Shown: positions 45,509-56,927 of the stretch, piece by piece | Numbering within the stretch: position 1 is the first letter of the stretch | Layout: the number at the start of each line of letters is the position of its first letter | NCBI GenBank assembly: GCA_039920745.1 | Contig: JBDSDD010000049.1 | Coordinates: forward strand, 1,524-65,523 | Direction of reading: 5' to 3' | Source of the DNA: Burkholderiaceae bacterium | GTDB lineage: Bacteria; Pseudomonadota; Gammaproteobacteria; Burkholderiales; Burkholderiaceae_C | Length of the DNA: 64,000 nucleotides | The notes under the pieces: generated by a model | What the model was told of the DNA's origin: nothing | What the model saw: the letters and a program-made list of their open reading frames with translations, nothing else | The model's database searches: none | Translations under genes and position numbers: made by a program

Positions 45509-45759
45509 GCGGTGGACCTCCTGATGAGTTGGTAATCGCCGTCGCTGCGCGAAGGCGGCCGACCAAGGTTACTCGCGCAACTATCTCCCCATCGTAGGAC
45601 AGGCACTCGACCGCAGGGAAATGGGTGCCCCGGCCACTGTTTATCCGGAGTTTGCCGAACTGTGTCCAGGTTGATATAGCGGGGGGTTTCCGGCGCTCAT
45701 CGGGGATTCCACGGAGCCTCCTGCGCCTAGTATTCGATCATCGAAACCGGAGTCTCACC

Positions 45760-46401
45760 ATGACGCAAGTCCACTCTTCCGGTGGCGCCAGGGGCCCCTT
45801 CGCCACTCCCGTGTCGAAAGGAAAGGCCAAGGCGGCCGCCCAACCCGACAAGAAGATCGCCGTTCCCAAGGCGATCGAGGCCAAGCCGTCGGCGCATGCG
45901 GTCAAGAACGGGACACAGGTCTCCTTCGGCAAGCAGGCGCTGCACGCCCTCGAGAGCACCAGCGAATTCATCGGCAAGGCGCTGCTGACCGGCGTCGAGG
46001 ACGTGGGCGAGGCCGCCTACTACACCGTCAAGGCGGTGGGCACCGGCGTGGTCGACGTGGCCAAGGGCCTGGAGGCAGCAGCCGTCGACGGCGCCAAGGG
46101 CCTGGGCGTGGGCCTGGCCGACACGGCCACCGCGATCGGCCATGGTGTCGTCCATGTCGAGAACGCGCTGGGCGACGTCTGGGGCATGGCCACGCAAGGC
46201 ATGTCGTCGGCCACGACGCTGGCCACGACGCTGGGCGCAGACGCCCAGGTGCTGGTCACCAACGTGGGCGCCGCCGCCACCGACGTGGGCGTGGGCGCCA
46301 AGGCCGTGCTGTCGGGCGTGGGCAGCGTCGCCAGCACCGCGGCCCGCTACGGCACCTACGTCGTCAAGCAGGCCGGCAAGGCCATCAACGAGCTCACCTG
46401 A
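45760..46401 (+). CDS. Hypothetical protein with tandem 11-residue amphipathic repeats
   Basis: GGAG RBS; K/A/P-rich N-terminus, TQVSFGKQAL motif, then seven consecutive 11-mers (aa 72-148). Confidence 0.8.
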   Translation: MTQVHSSGGARGPFATPVSKGKAKAAAQPDKKIAVPKAIEAKPSAHAVKNGTQVSFGKQALHALESTSEFIGKALLTGVEDVGEAAYYTVKAVGTGVVDVAKGLEAAAVDGAKGLGVGLADTATAIGHGVVHVENALGDVWGMATQGMSSATTLATTLGADAQVLVTNVGAAATDVGVGAKAVLSGVGSVASTAARYGTYVVKQAGKAINELT

Positions 46402-46438
46402 GCGTTGGCGCGGGCGCGGGCGTCACGCACGCACACGC

Positions 46439-47138
46439 GAGTTCCACCAGGCCCGGCTGTCGATCGTCGACCCCATCGTTTCCCGCGCCTGTGCGGGCAC
46501 ATTGCTGGCAATGAGCCACGCTTTGCAGAAGCGCGTTGTGGCCATGAATCCAGGCGGCGGCTTCCACCATGCCTTCCGCGATCATGGCGAAGGCTTCTGC
46601 ATCTACGCAGACGTCGCTGCGGCACTTGCTGCGGTTCGAGCGCAAGGACTGCTCTCCGCGGACGATCCGGTGGCGATCATCGACCTGGATGCCCACCGGG
46701 GAAACGGCGTTTGGGGTCTGTGCGGCAGCGACCCGTCCGTGCACGTGATGGATCTAAAGCGCCCCGGTCCATCCCGGGTTCTTTCCTGGGTCAGTTGAGG
46801 AATTCCCCTTTCAGCTCCCGATCAAGGCACAAACCACGGACGAGGCTTGCCTTGCGACGCTACGTGAAGAGCTTCCGCTCTTTCTTGCGTCAATGCCGCG
46901 CAAACCTGCGCTTGCGATCCACAACGCCGGCACGGACGTGCTTGCCGGTGACCCTGTGGGTCGGCTCGCCGTGTCCGAAGCCGGCGTCGTAGAACGCGAC
47001 GCCATGGTGCTGGACGCGCTGAGCGGACAAGGCATTCCAACTGTTGTCGTGACGAGCGGGGGCTATTCGCCCAAGTCGCATGAACTGATTGCGCAACTCG
47101 CATGGTGTGTGATGCAACTACACCACGTGCCGGCCTGA
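46439..47138 (+). pseudogene. Fragmented Zn-dependent histone-deacetylase-family gene (class IV-like)
   Basis: Frame 1: GGGFHHA..HGEGFCIYAD, IIDLDAHRGNG. Frameshift/TAA near 46755. Frame 2: ...NAGTDVLAGDPVG...SGGY. No intact 5' end. Confidence 0.8.
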
Positions 47139-47220
47139 GTGTTGCGATCCGGCATCGGCGTAGCTCGAAACGTCGAGTTCCACTGTCCTGAGCTCGATAT
47201 GGCGGCGCGAAACCCGCGTG

Positions 47221-47268
47221 CCCGAAAGCGGCCTTCCCCAACCGACAGGTCATGGCCGACTGCGGACA
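47221..47268 (+). repeat. Degenerate composite repeat, copy A
   Basis: CCCGAAAGCGGCC...TGGCCGACTGCGGACA; 33/48 ungapped identity to copy B at 47692. Confidence 0.6.
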
Positions 47269-47370
47269 GATCCAGAATATAGACAGGACGGTACGTTCAC
47301 CGCTTGCCCTTGCCTGATGGGCTGAGTCATGGCGCCAGCCGACCTGAATGCGCACGTTGGCGAACAGCGC

Positions 47371-47384
47371 TGGCCGACTGCGGA
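47371..47384 (+). repeat. Exact second copy of the repeat core TGGCCGACTGCGGA
   Basis: Identical 14-mer at 47253-47266 and 47371-47384. Confidence 0.7.
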
Positions 47385-47400
47385 GATCGGTGTCGTCCGG

Positions 47401-47637
47401 TTACCCACCGTCGCCACGGCGCCGTTGCCTCTCCTCTTCAAGTCGCTCGGCCTCCCGAGACATGTTGGCCCGGATTTTCGCGATCCGCGCAGACTCTTCC
47501 TCGAGTCGCGCGAGCTCCTTTCCGGAGAACATCAAGTTGGCCGGCAGCAGCGCCTTGCACGACTCGCAAGCTGCAACTCGCCGGTTGAAGACAGTGAAGC
47601 CACAGGCCGGGCATTTGAATTTGGATGAGTCGGTCAT
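47401..47637 (-). CDS. Small zinc-ribbon plus coiled-coil protein (78 aa)
   Basis: CPAC-x12-CESC followed by a charged helical tail (LEEESARIAKIRANMSREAERLEEERQRRR). Confidence 0.7.
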   Translation of the reverse strand: MTDSSKFKCPACGFTVFNRRVAACESCKALLPANLMFSGKELARLEEESARIAKIRANMSREAERLEEERQRRRGDGG

Positions 47638-47691
47638 CGAGTTAGGGCTGCCCGCGGCGACATGGAACAAGTTGCACTGAACCGTACGCTA

Positions 47692-47739
47692 CCCGATACC
47701 GGACGGTCCCGCCCGGTTGCTCCTGGCCGGCTGCGGGCA
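47692..47739 (+). repeat. Degenerate composite repeat, copy B
   Basis: CCCGATACCGGAC...TGGCCGGCTGCGGGCA, with the same 32-bp spacing of subunits as copy A. Confidence 0.55.
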
Positions 47740-48045
47740 TCCCTCAACGACAACCGGACGGCAGCTTCGCGCTGGAGAGGCGCCGCTTCGCGTTTTCAGC
47801 GCCGATGCCCGGACGCTCTGCGCGACTCAATGCTTGCCGGGGGCAAGCGATGGCTGAACCCCCAGCTCAGCAATGCCGCGGCAAGCAGAGCAAAGAGAGC
47901 GATGGTGCCGTTGGAGGCCATGTGGCCGCTCAAGTTGTGCATTGAAAGTTCCGAAAACTCCCGCAAGAGCGCGAAAGTTCCGACGCAGGCCTGGCATTCG
48001 CCATCCAAGTCGACATTCCGTCGCCCGAGAGAGAAGGCAACAACA

Positions 48046-49164
48046 ATGGACCCGAGACAAGCCAACCTGCAGCGACACCGCCTGCGGATGACGTTGCTTT
48101 CTGTCGTCAATTCGTTGCTCCAGTCCATCGTGATCGGCCTCTATGCCGCCTCCGAAGCCACAACCTGGTCGATCGCCGCTGCCTTCGCGGCGGCCAGCCT
48201 GGGCAGCACCGGGCTGTTTGCGATCGGGGTCAGCGCGGGTTGGCTGGTGAAGCTGGGGGACGCGCGATTGCTGATTGCGCAACTGGCCGCAAACTTCGCC
48301 ATCCAGATCGCCTTCCTGATCGCGGCGCCGCCACTGTGGATGATCTTCCTCGCCTCGACGCTCATCACCTGCACCTACGCCATGGTGGCGTTCACGCCGC
48401 GCCAGTTCACCTGGCTCTGGCTCGGCTACGGGGCCATCACGGCACTGGCGCTGTTTGCCGGACGTGACCGATTCGAGACGCCGGCACCAACGCCTTTCAA
48501 CGTCGCGATACTGTGGCTCTTCTTCTTCATGGGCGTGCGTCGCCTCGCGTTGACCGGCGCGCAGTTCAGCCGCCTGCGCGAACAACTGTCCGAGAAGAAC
48601 AAGCAGTTGACGATCCTTCTCGAGCGCAACAAGGAGTTGGCCAATCACGACGACCTGACCGGCACGTTCAATCGACGCCAGCTCATGCAATTCCTGGTCG
48701 AGGAACGCGACCGAGCCGGCCGCGCGCGCTCTTCGTTCTCGATCGCCATGCTGGACCTCGACCACTTCAAGACGATCAATGACCGATTCGGACACGCGGG
48801 AGGCGACGCGGCACTCAAGCGATTCTGTGCGCTCACGTTTGCCTCGATGCGCGCCACCGATCGCTTCGCGCGCTATGGCGGTGAGGAGTTCGTCCTGCTG
48901 ATGCCCATGACGACGTCGATCGACACCGCCTGCCAGGCTGCGGAACGGATCCGCCACGTGATCGCCAGCGACGATTGGCGCGTCACCTTCGGCGTCGACT
49001 GCACGCCGGTCACCGTGTCGGCTGGGGTGGCCACGTGGCGGCAGGACGAGACAGTCGAAGATCTGCTGGCGCGCGCCGATGCAGCGCTCTACGAGGCCAA
49101 GCGCCGGGGCAGGAACCTGTGTGTCGCCGCTGCCCCGCTGCCGATCGTCGTGCCAGCGCCCTGA
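48046..49164 (+). CDS. Membrane-bound diguanylate cyclase
   Basis: About 6 TM helices; DDLTGTFNRR, DLDHFKTIND.FGH..GD, I-site RATD, active site GGEEF. Confidence 0.92.
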   Translation: MDPRQANLQRHRLRMTLLSVVNSLLQSIVIGLYAASEATTWSIAAAFAAASLGSTGLFAIGVSAGWLVKLGDARLLIAQLAANFAIQIAFLIAAPPLWMIFLASTLITCTYAMVAFTPRQFTWLWLGYGAITALALFAGRDRFETPAPTPFNVAILWLFFFMGVRRLALTGAQFSRLREQLSEKNKQLTILLERNKELANHDDLTGTFNRRQLMQFLVEERDRAGRARSSFSIAMLDLDHFKTINDRFGHAGGDAALKRFCALTFASMRATDRFARYGGEEFVLLMPMTTSIDTACQAAERIRHVIASDDWRVTFGVDCTPVTVSAGVATWRQDETVEDLLARADAALYEAKRRGRNLCVAAAPLPIVVPAP

Positions 49165-49341
49165 AATCAGGGGTCGAAGCCAGTCGCGACCTTGGCAGCG
49201 GGCCACGCGAGGCTCGCGCGCGCGACGCGGCAATCGCCTCCGAAGCGACCTCGCAGTCAAGCTTCATCGACATCGAGCCGAGACCGAAATCCGTTTCGAA
49301 TTTCGCGCGAATCCACACAGCGTGTCGAAGCGCCATCCCGC

Positions 49342-49779
49342 CTAATATCGGTGCCGCGCGACCTTGCGCCAGCGGCTGCCCCACACGATCAGCCACAGCA
49401 GCACCCCCTGCAGCGGCAGGCGCAGCCAGAGCAGCCACACCGGCACGTCGAACTGCTCGTGGATGTGCAACATGTAGATGTTGGCCGGCGTCAGCGCCAG
49501 CGTCAGCGCGAACAGGCACCAGCCCGCGAGGCGGCGCGTCCACGGCAGCACGAGACCGAACGCGCCCGCGAGCTCCAACAGGCCGGTGAGCAGCACGACG
49601 TCGCGCGCATCGGGGATCTGCGGGGGCACGATGCGCACCTCGAGATCGGTAAGCACGAAGTGTGCGATGCCGCCGAAGAAGAACCAGCAGAAAACGAACA
49701 CCAGCGCCACGCGTTGCCAGCGTGTGCCGCGCCGCTCGGGCTGTGACGATTCAGCGGAGACGAAGGGCAGGTAGTTCAC
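49342..49779 (-). CDS. DoxX-family membrane protein
   Basis: GGIAHF...TGLLELAGAFGL...GWCLFAL....TPANIYM. Start could instead be ATG 49803. Confidence 0.8.
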   Translation of the reverse strand: MNYLPFVSAESSQPERRGTRWQRVALVFVFCWFFFGGIAHFVLTDLEVRIVPPQIPDARDVVLLTGLLELAGAFGLVLPWTRRLAGWCLFALTLALTPANIYMLHIHEQFDVPVWLLWLRLPLQGVLLWLIVWGSRWRKVARHRY

Positions 49780-49976
49780 GCGCGGCACCCTCCCCTTGGG
49801 CATGGGTGGGATCGGTACAGGCAGTGCAGCGGGAATCTCGTCACGGGTCTCTCGGCCGCGTTCACGGGGCGCGGCATGGAATCAGGGTCGGGCGGACATG
49901 ATCGCCCACGCTTTGCCCGACCTGGGCTTTCGTGACGAAAAAAACGTAAACGTTTGCGCCCGCGGTCGAGCTGTGC

Positions 49977-51020
49977 TCATCGGCCCGAGTCGGCGAGCTG
50001 CTTGCGCCGGAGTTCGCCCTGGCGCTCGAACATCCAGCCCGGATACTCGGCCGGCAGCGCGCTGGCGTCGCCCAGCGCAGTCAACTCGGCGGCGGTGAGG
50101 GTGACGTTCGTGGCAGCGATGTTGTCGGCCAGCTGGTCGGACCGCTTCGCGCCGACGATCACGCTGGTGACCTGCGGCTGGTGCAGCAGCCAGGCGAGCG
50201 CGATCTGCGCCACCGAGACGCCACGGGCCTCGGCGAGGGGCCGCATCGCATCGATGACGAGGTCGGCGCGCGCGCGATCGACCGGCGGGAAGTCGAAGCT
50301 CTGGCGGCGGCTGCCGGCTTCGCTCGTCGCACCGGCCTTGTACTTGCCGCTCAGCAGGCCGCCGGCCAGCGGGCTCCACACCATCAGGCCCAGGCCCTCG
50401 CTCCGCAGCATCGGCACGATCTCGCGCTCGAGGTCGCGCCCGGCCACCGTGTAGTAGGCCTGCAGCGACTCGAAGCGCGACAGCCCCAGCCGCGCGGACA
50501 CGCCCAGCGCCTTGACGATCTGCCAGGCGGCCCAGTTGGACACGCCCACGTAGCGCACGTCGCCCTGGCGCACCAGCTGGTCGAGCGCGCGCACCGTCTC
50601 CTCGATCGGCGTCGCCGGATCGAAGCCGTGGATCTGGTACAGGTCGATGTGCGCCAGTTGCAGCCGCTTGAGGCTGGCCTGGAGGCCGTCCATGATGTGG
50701 CCGCGCGAGGCGCCGCGGCCATTGGAGCCGGGGCTGGTCTCGCCGAATACCTTGGTCGCGACGACGACGCTCTCGCGCGCGATCTTCAGGTTCTTCAACG
50801 ACTGGCCGGTGAGCTGCTCCGAGGCGCCGCCGGAGTAGACGTCCGCCGTGTCGATGAAGTTGATGCCGGCATCGACCGCCTGGCCCACCAGGCGGTCGAC
50901 CTCGTCCTGGCCCAGGTTGCCGATCTTGCCCCAGATGCCCTCGCCGCCACCGAAGGTCATGGTGCCCAGGCACAGCTCCGAGACGAACAGGCCGGTACGA
51001 CCGAGAGGATGGTTGCGCAT
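49977..51020 (-). CDS. Aldo/keto reductase
   Basis: LGRTGLFVSELCLGTMTFG, FIDTADVY, ATKV, DLYQIH, YVGVSN, WSPLAGGLL. Confidence 0.93.
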   Translation of the reverse strand: MRNHPLGRTGLFVSELCLGTMTFGGGEGIWGKIGNLGQDEVDRLVGQAVDAGINFIDTADVYSGGASEQLTGQSLKNLKIARESVVVATKVFGETSPGSNGRGASRGHIMDGLQASLKRLQLAHIDLYQIHGFDPATPIEETVRALDQLVRQGDVRYVGVSNWAAWQIVKALGVSARLGLSRFESLQAYYTVAGRDLEREIVPMLRSEGLGLMVWSPLAGGLLSGKYKAGATSEAGSRRQSFDFPPVDRARADLVIDAMRPLAEARGVSVAQIALAWLLHQPQVTSVIVGAKRSDQLADNIAATNVTLTAAELTALGDASALPAEYPGWMFERQGELRRKQLADSGR

Positions 51021-51161
51021 GGAAGGGGCTCCGTCAGGGGAATGGACACGACGCCCCAGGATAGAGGCCTGCCGAAAGACACGCGACCCATCGGGGTCAT
51101 GGGGGTGCTCTCGCGTTTTCCCTGATACGCCGCCCTGTCCCGACGGGCAGAATCGCGCCAC

Positions 51162-51175
51162 TGGAACCGGTTCCA
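51162..51175. promoter_or_regulatory. LacI-family operator
   Basis: Perfect palindrome TGGAACCGGTTCCA 60 bp upstream of the GH1/ABC/LacI operon. Confidence 0.78.
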
Positions 51176-51235
51176 TCCATTCCCCTCGGCATACCCCTAC
51201 CCGCCCAGGCGGCATCGCCACGTCGGAGGTCTCCT

Positions 51236-52597
<1,362 letters not shown>

Positions 52598-52666
52598 GAA
52601 CCACCGTTGCGACCGGCGATGACGTCGCGTAAAAGACAGACAAACGAGCAAACAAGGAGACAAGAC

Positions 52667-53920
52667 ATGACCCACAAGACCACCCGCCTGAGCCTCGCGC
52701 TGGCGCTCGCGTTCGGCGCGATCATGAGCGTTCATCAAGCGGCGCACGCGCAGGCCAACAAGGCCGAGGTGCTGCACTGGTGGACGTCCGGCGGCGAATC
52801 CGCGGCCGTCAAGGAACTGGCCACCGCCTACACGCAGGCCGGCGGCACCTGGGTCGACGCGGCGATCGCCGGCGGCGAGCAGGCGCGCGCGGCGGCCATC
52901 AACCGCATGATCGGCGGGACGCCGCCCACCGCGGCGCAGTTCAACACCTCCAAGCAGTTCCTCGACCTGATCGACCAGGGCATGCTGAACAACGTCGACG
53001 TGGTCGCGGCCAGGAACAGCTGGGACAAGATGCTGCCCGCGCCGATCCTGAACTCGATCAAGATCAAGGGCCACTTCTACGCGGTGCCGGTCGACATCCA
53101 CATGCCCGCCTGGTTCTGGTACTCCAAGTCGGCGTTCGCCAAGGCCGGCATCACGGCCGAGCCGAAGACCCCTGACGAGTTCTTTGCCGACCTCGACAAG
53201 CTCAAGGCCACCGGCGTGGTGCCGCTGGCCTTCGGCGGCCAGCCGTGGCAGGAAAAGATCACGTTCTACGCATGGGTCGCGCACGTGGGCGGCCCCGACA
53301 TGTACCTCAAGCTGTACCGCGACAAGGACGCGGCGATGGTCCTGACGCCGCAGTTCAAGGCGCTGCTCGCCTCGTTCAAGCGCCTGCACAACTACGTGGA
53401 CGCCGGCTCGCCCAACCGCAACTGGAACGACGCCACCGCGATGGTGATCTCCGGCAAGGCCGGCGTGCAGATCATGGGCGACTGGGCCAAGGGCGAATTC
53501 GCCACGGCCCACCAGACCGCCGGCAAGGAGTTCGGCTGCTTCCCCGGCTTCGGCCCGAAGTCGCCCTACCTGGTCGCGGGCGACGTGTTCGTGTTCCCCA
53601 AGACGTCGGACGCCGCGCAGGTCAAGTCGCAGCAATTGCTCGCCACGGTGTTCACCGCGCCGGCGACGCAGGTCGCGTTCAGCAACAAGAAGGGCTCGAT
53701 CCCGATCCGCACCGACGTCGACGTCAAGGGCCTGGACGCCTGCGCGCAGATGGGTGTGACGATCATGAAGGACGTCTCGCGCCAGTTGCCGACGCCCGAG
53801 ATGCTGATCACGCCGGACCTCGAAGGCTCGCTGCAGGACGTGGTCACCAAGTTCTGGAACACCAACCAGTCGGTCGACGATGCGGCCAAGTCTTTCGCCT
53901 CCGCCCTGAAGAGCAACTGA
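52667..53920 (+). CDS. Sugar ABC transporter substrate-binding protein
   Basis: Signal peptide; EVLHWWTSGGE..A, GDWAKGE, FSNKKGSIP.R. Confidence 0.92.
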   Translation: MTHKTTRLSLALALAFGAIMSVHQAAHAQANKAEVLHWWTSGGESAAVKELATAYTQAGGTWVDAAIAGGEQARAAAINRMIGGTPPTAAQFNTSKQFLDLIDQGMLNNVDVVAARNSWDKMLPAPILNSIKIKGHFYAVPVDIHMPAWFWYSKSAFAKAGITAEPKTPDEFFADLDKLKATGVVPLAFGGQPWQEKITFYAWVAHVGGPDMYLKLYRDKDAAMVLTPQFKALLASFKRLHNYVDAGSPNRNWNDATAMVISGKAGVQIMGDWAKGEFATAHQTAGKEFGCFPGFGPKSPYLVAGDVFVFPKTSDAAQVKSQQLLATVFTAPATQVAFSNKKGSIPIRTDVDVKGLDACAQMGVTIMKDVSRQLPTPEMLITPDLEGSLQDVVTKFWNTNQSVDDAAKSFASALKSN

Positions 53921-53930
53921 CAATAGACGC

Positions 53931-54866
53931 ATGAGCCGACGCCGCCCCCTCCTGCGCCACGCCGTCGCCTGGCTGGCCCTGGTTCCGATGGCGGCGACCG
54001 TGCTGTGGGTCTACATCGGCAGCGTGCTGTGGTCGGTGCGGATCTCGGTGAGCAGCTCGCGCACGCTGCCGATCCCCGACTTCGTCGGCGCGCGGCAGTA
54101 CATCCGCCTGTTCGACACCGAACGCTGGACGCTCTCGCTGCAGAACATGGCCTTGTTCGGCGTGCTGTTCATCGTCGCTTGCCTGGCGATCGGCTTCCTG
54201 CTGGCGGTTTTCATCGACCAACGCGTCAAGGGCGAGGGCCTGCTGCGCACGGTGTTCCTCTACCCGTACGCGATGTCCTTCGTCGCCACCGGCCTGGTCT
54301 GGCAGTGGATGCTCAATCCCGAGCTGGGGCTGCAGTCCACCGTGCGCGGCTGGGGCTTCGCGGGCTTCACGTTCGACTGGATCGTGCGCCAGGACGCGGT
54401 GATGTACGCGATCACCATCGCTGCCGTCTGGCAGGCCTGCGGCCTCGTGATGGCGCTGATGCTGGCCGGCCTGCGCGGCATCGACGAGAGCCTGTGGATG
54501 GCCGCGCGCATCGACGGCATCCCGCCGTGGCGGGTCTACGCGAGCATCGTGCTGCCGATGATGGGGCCGTCGTTCGGTACCGCGTTCGTGCTGCTGTCGG
54601 TGAGCGTGGTCAAGGTGTTCGACGTGGTCGTCGCGATGACGCAAGGCGGCCCGGGGCTGGCCAGCGAGGTGCCGGCCAAGTTCATCATCGACAACCTCCT
54701 GGTGCGCGCCAACATCGGGCTCGCGTCGGCAGCGTCGACGGTGCTGCTGTTGACGGTGCTGGCCTTGCTGGCGCCGTGGTTCTACGCCCGTGCCCACGCG
54801 TCACGCCGCGCCGAGCGCGTCGCGCGTGCGATGCGCGCGAGCGAACCGACGGGAGCGATCGCATGA
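53931..54866 (+). CDS. Sugar ABC permease
   Basis: TM helices; AGLRGID..L..AARIDG EAA loop. Confidence 0.92.
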   Translation: MSRRRPLLRHAVAWLALVPMAATVLWVYIGSVLWSVRISVSSSRTLPIPDFVGARQYIRLFDTERWTLSLQNMALFGVLFIVACLAIGFLLAVFIDQRVKGEGLLRTVFLYPYAMSFVATGLVWQWMLNPELGLQSTVRGWGFAGFTFDWIVRQDAVMYAITIAAVWQACGLVMALMLAGLRGIDESLWMAARIDGIPPWRVYASIVLPMMGPSFGTAFVLLSVSVVKVFDVVVAMTQGGPGLASEVPAKFIIDNLLVRANIGLASAASTVLLLTVLALLAPWFYARAHASRRAERVARAMRASEPTGAIA

Positions 54867-55801
54867 GCGCTTCAACCGTTGCGAGCCAGGGCCTCGGCGT
54901 GGAAACTGTCGCCGAACGCCGCGCCGCCCCGCATCGCCGCCCCGGCCACCAGATGCCCAAGCCGGCGCGCATCGGCCTCTACGTGTTCCTCGTCACCGCC
55001 GCGCTGCTGTTCCTGCTGCCGCTGTACGTGATGGTGGCCACGTCGATCAAGCCGATGGAGGAGATCCGGCTGGGCAACCTGTTCGCGCTGCCCGTCAAGA
55101 TCACGCTGGCGCCCTGGGCACAGGCATGGATGTCGGCCTGCACCGGGCTCGAATGCGGCGGCATCCGCACCGGCTTCATGAACTCGGTGGCCATCGTCGT
55201 GCCCAGCACCGTGCTGTCGATCCTGCTGGGCGCGTTGAACGGCTATGCGCTGTCGTTCTGGCGGCCGCGCGGGGCGCAAGCTCTTTTTATCGTGCTGTTG
55301 ACGGGCGCCTTCATCCCCTACCAGGTGATGCTGTTCCCGCTGATCCGTTCGCTCGCCACGCTGGGCCTGTTCGGCACGCTGCCCGGCGTCGTTCTGATCC
55401 ACACGGTGTTCGGCATGCCGGTGATGACGCTGCTGTTCCGCAACTACTACGCCGGCGTGCCGCACGAGCTGTTCATGGCGGCGCGCATCGACGGCGGCGG
55501 GTTCTGGCGCATCTTCGTGCAGCTGATGCTGCCGATGTCGCTGCCCATCATCGTCGTCGCGACGATCATGCAGGTCACCGCGATCTGGAACGACTTCCTG
55601 ATCGGCCTCGTGTTTGCGGGCCACGAGTGGCTGCCGATGACCGTGCAGCTCAACAACATCATCAACACCACCACCGGCGAGCGGCTCTACAACGTCAACA
55701 TGGCGGCCACCCTGCTGACGTCGCTTGTACCCCTGACCGTATATCTCGTTTCGGGACGCTGGTTCGTGCGCGGCATCGCTGCCGGCGCTGTAAAGGGCTG
55801 A
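54863..55801 (+). CDS. Sugar ABC permease
   Basis: FRNYY.GVP.EL..AARIDG; WNDFL. Confidence 0.92.
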   Translation: MSASTVASQGLGVETVAERRAAPHRRPGHQMPKPARIGLYVFLVTAALLFLLPLYVMVATSIKPMEEIRLGNLFALPVKITLAPWAQAWMSACTGLECGGIRTGFMNSVAIVVPSTVLSILLGALNGYALSFWRPRGAQALFIVLLTGAFIPYQVMLFPLIRSLATLGLFGTLPGVVLIHTVFGMPVMTLLFRNYYAGVPHELFMAARIDGGGFWRIFVQLMLPMSLPIIVVATIMQVTAIWNDFLIGLVFAGHEWLPMTVQLNNIINTTTGERLYNVNMAATLLTSLVPLTVYLVSGRWFVRGIAAGAVKG

Positions 55802-55802
55802 A

Positions 55803-56849
<1,047 letters not shown>

Positions 56850-56853
56850 TGAA

Positions 56854-56920
56854 ACCCCCACGCTCCCTCCAGTCGCTGCCCCCCGAGGGGGTGCGTCATC
56901 GCCTTCGGGCGGCCGGGCGC
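56854..56920 (+). repeat. REP-like dispersed intergenic element
   Basis: ACCCCCACGCTCC...GTCGCTGCCCCCCGAGGGGG...GGGCGGCCGGGCG; recognised from memory as a common Burkholderiales intergenic repeat; only one full copy in this window. Confidence 0.5.
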
Positions 56921-56927
56921 CTCTGAC

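Noticed and set aside
47221-47739. CRISPR array or canonical integron attC sites
   Set aside because: Copies are few, degenerate and irregularly spaced; no cas or intI gene; no properly paired RYYYAAC...GTTRRRY arms (GTTAGGG at 47641 lacks a partner).
47929-47957. Sigma28 promoter before the diguanylate cyclase (TCAAG...TCCGAAAA)
   Set aside because: Spacer is one base too long and the -10 has two mismatches; too weak to call.
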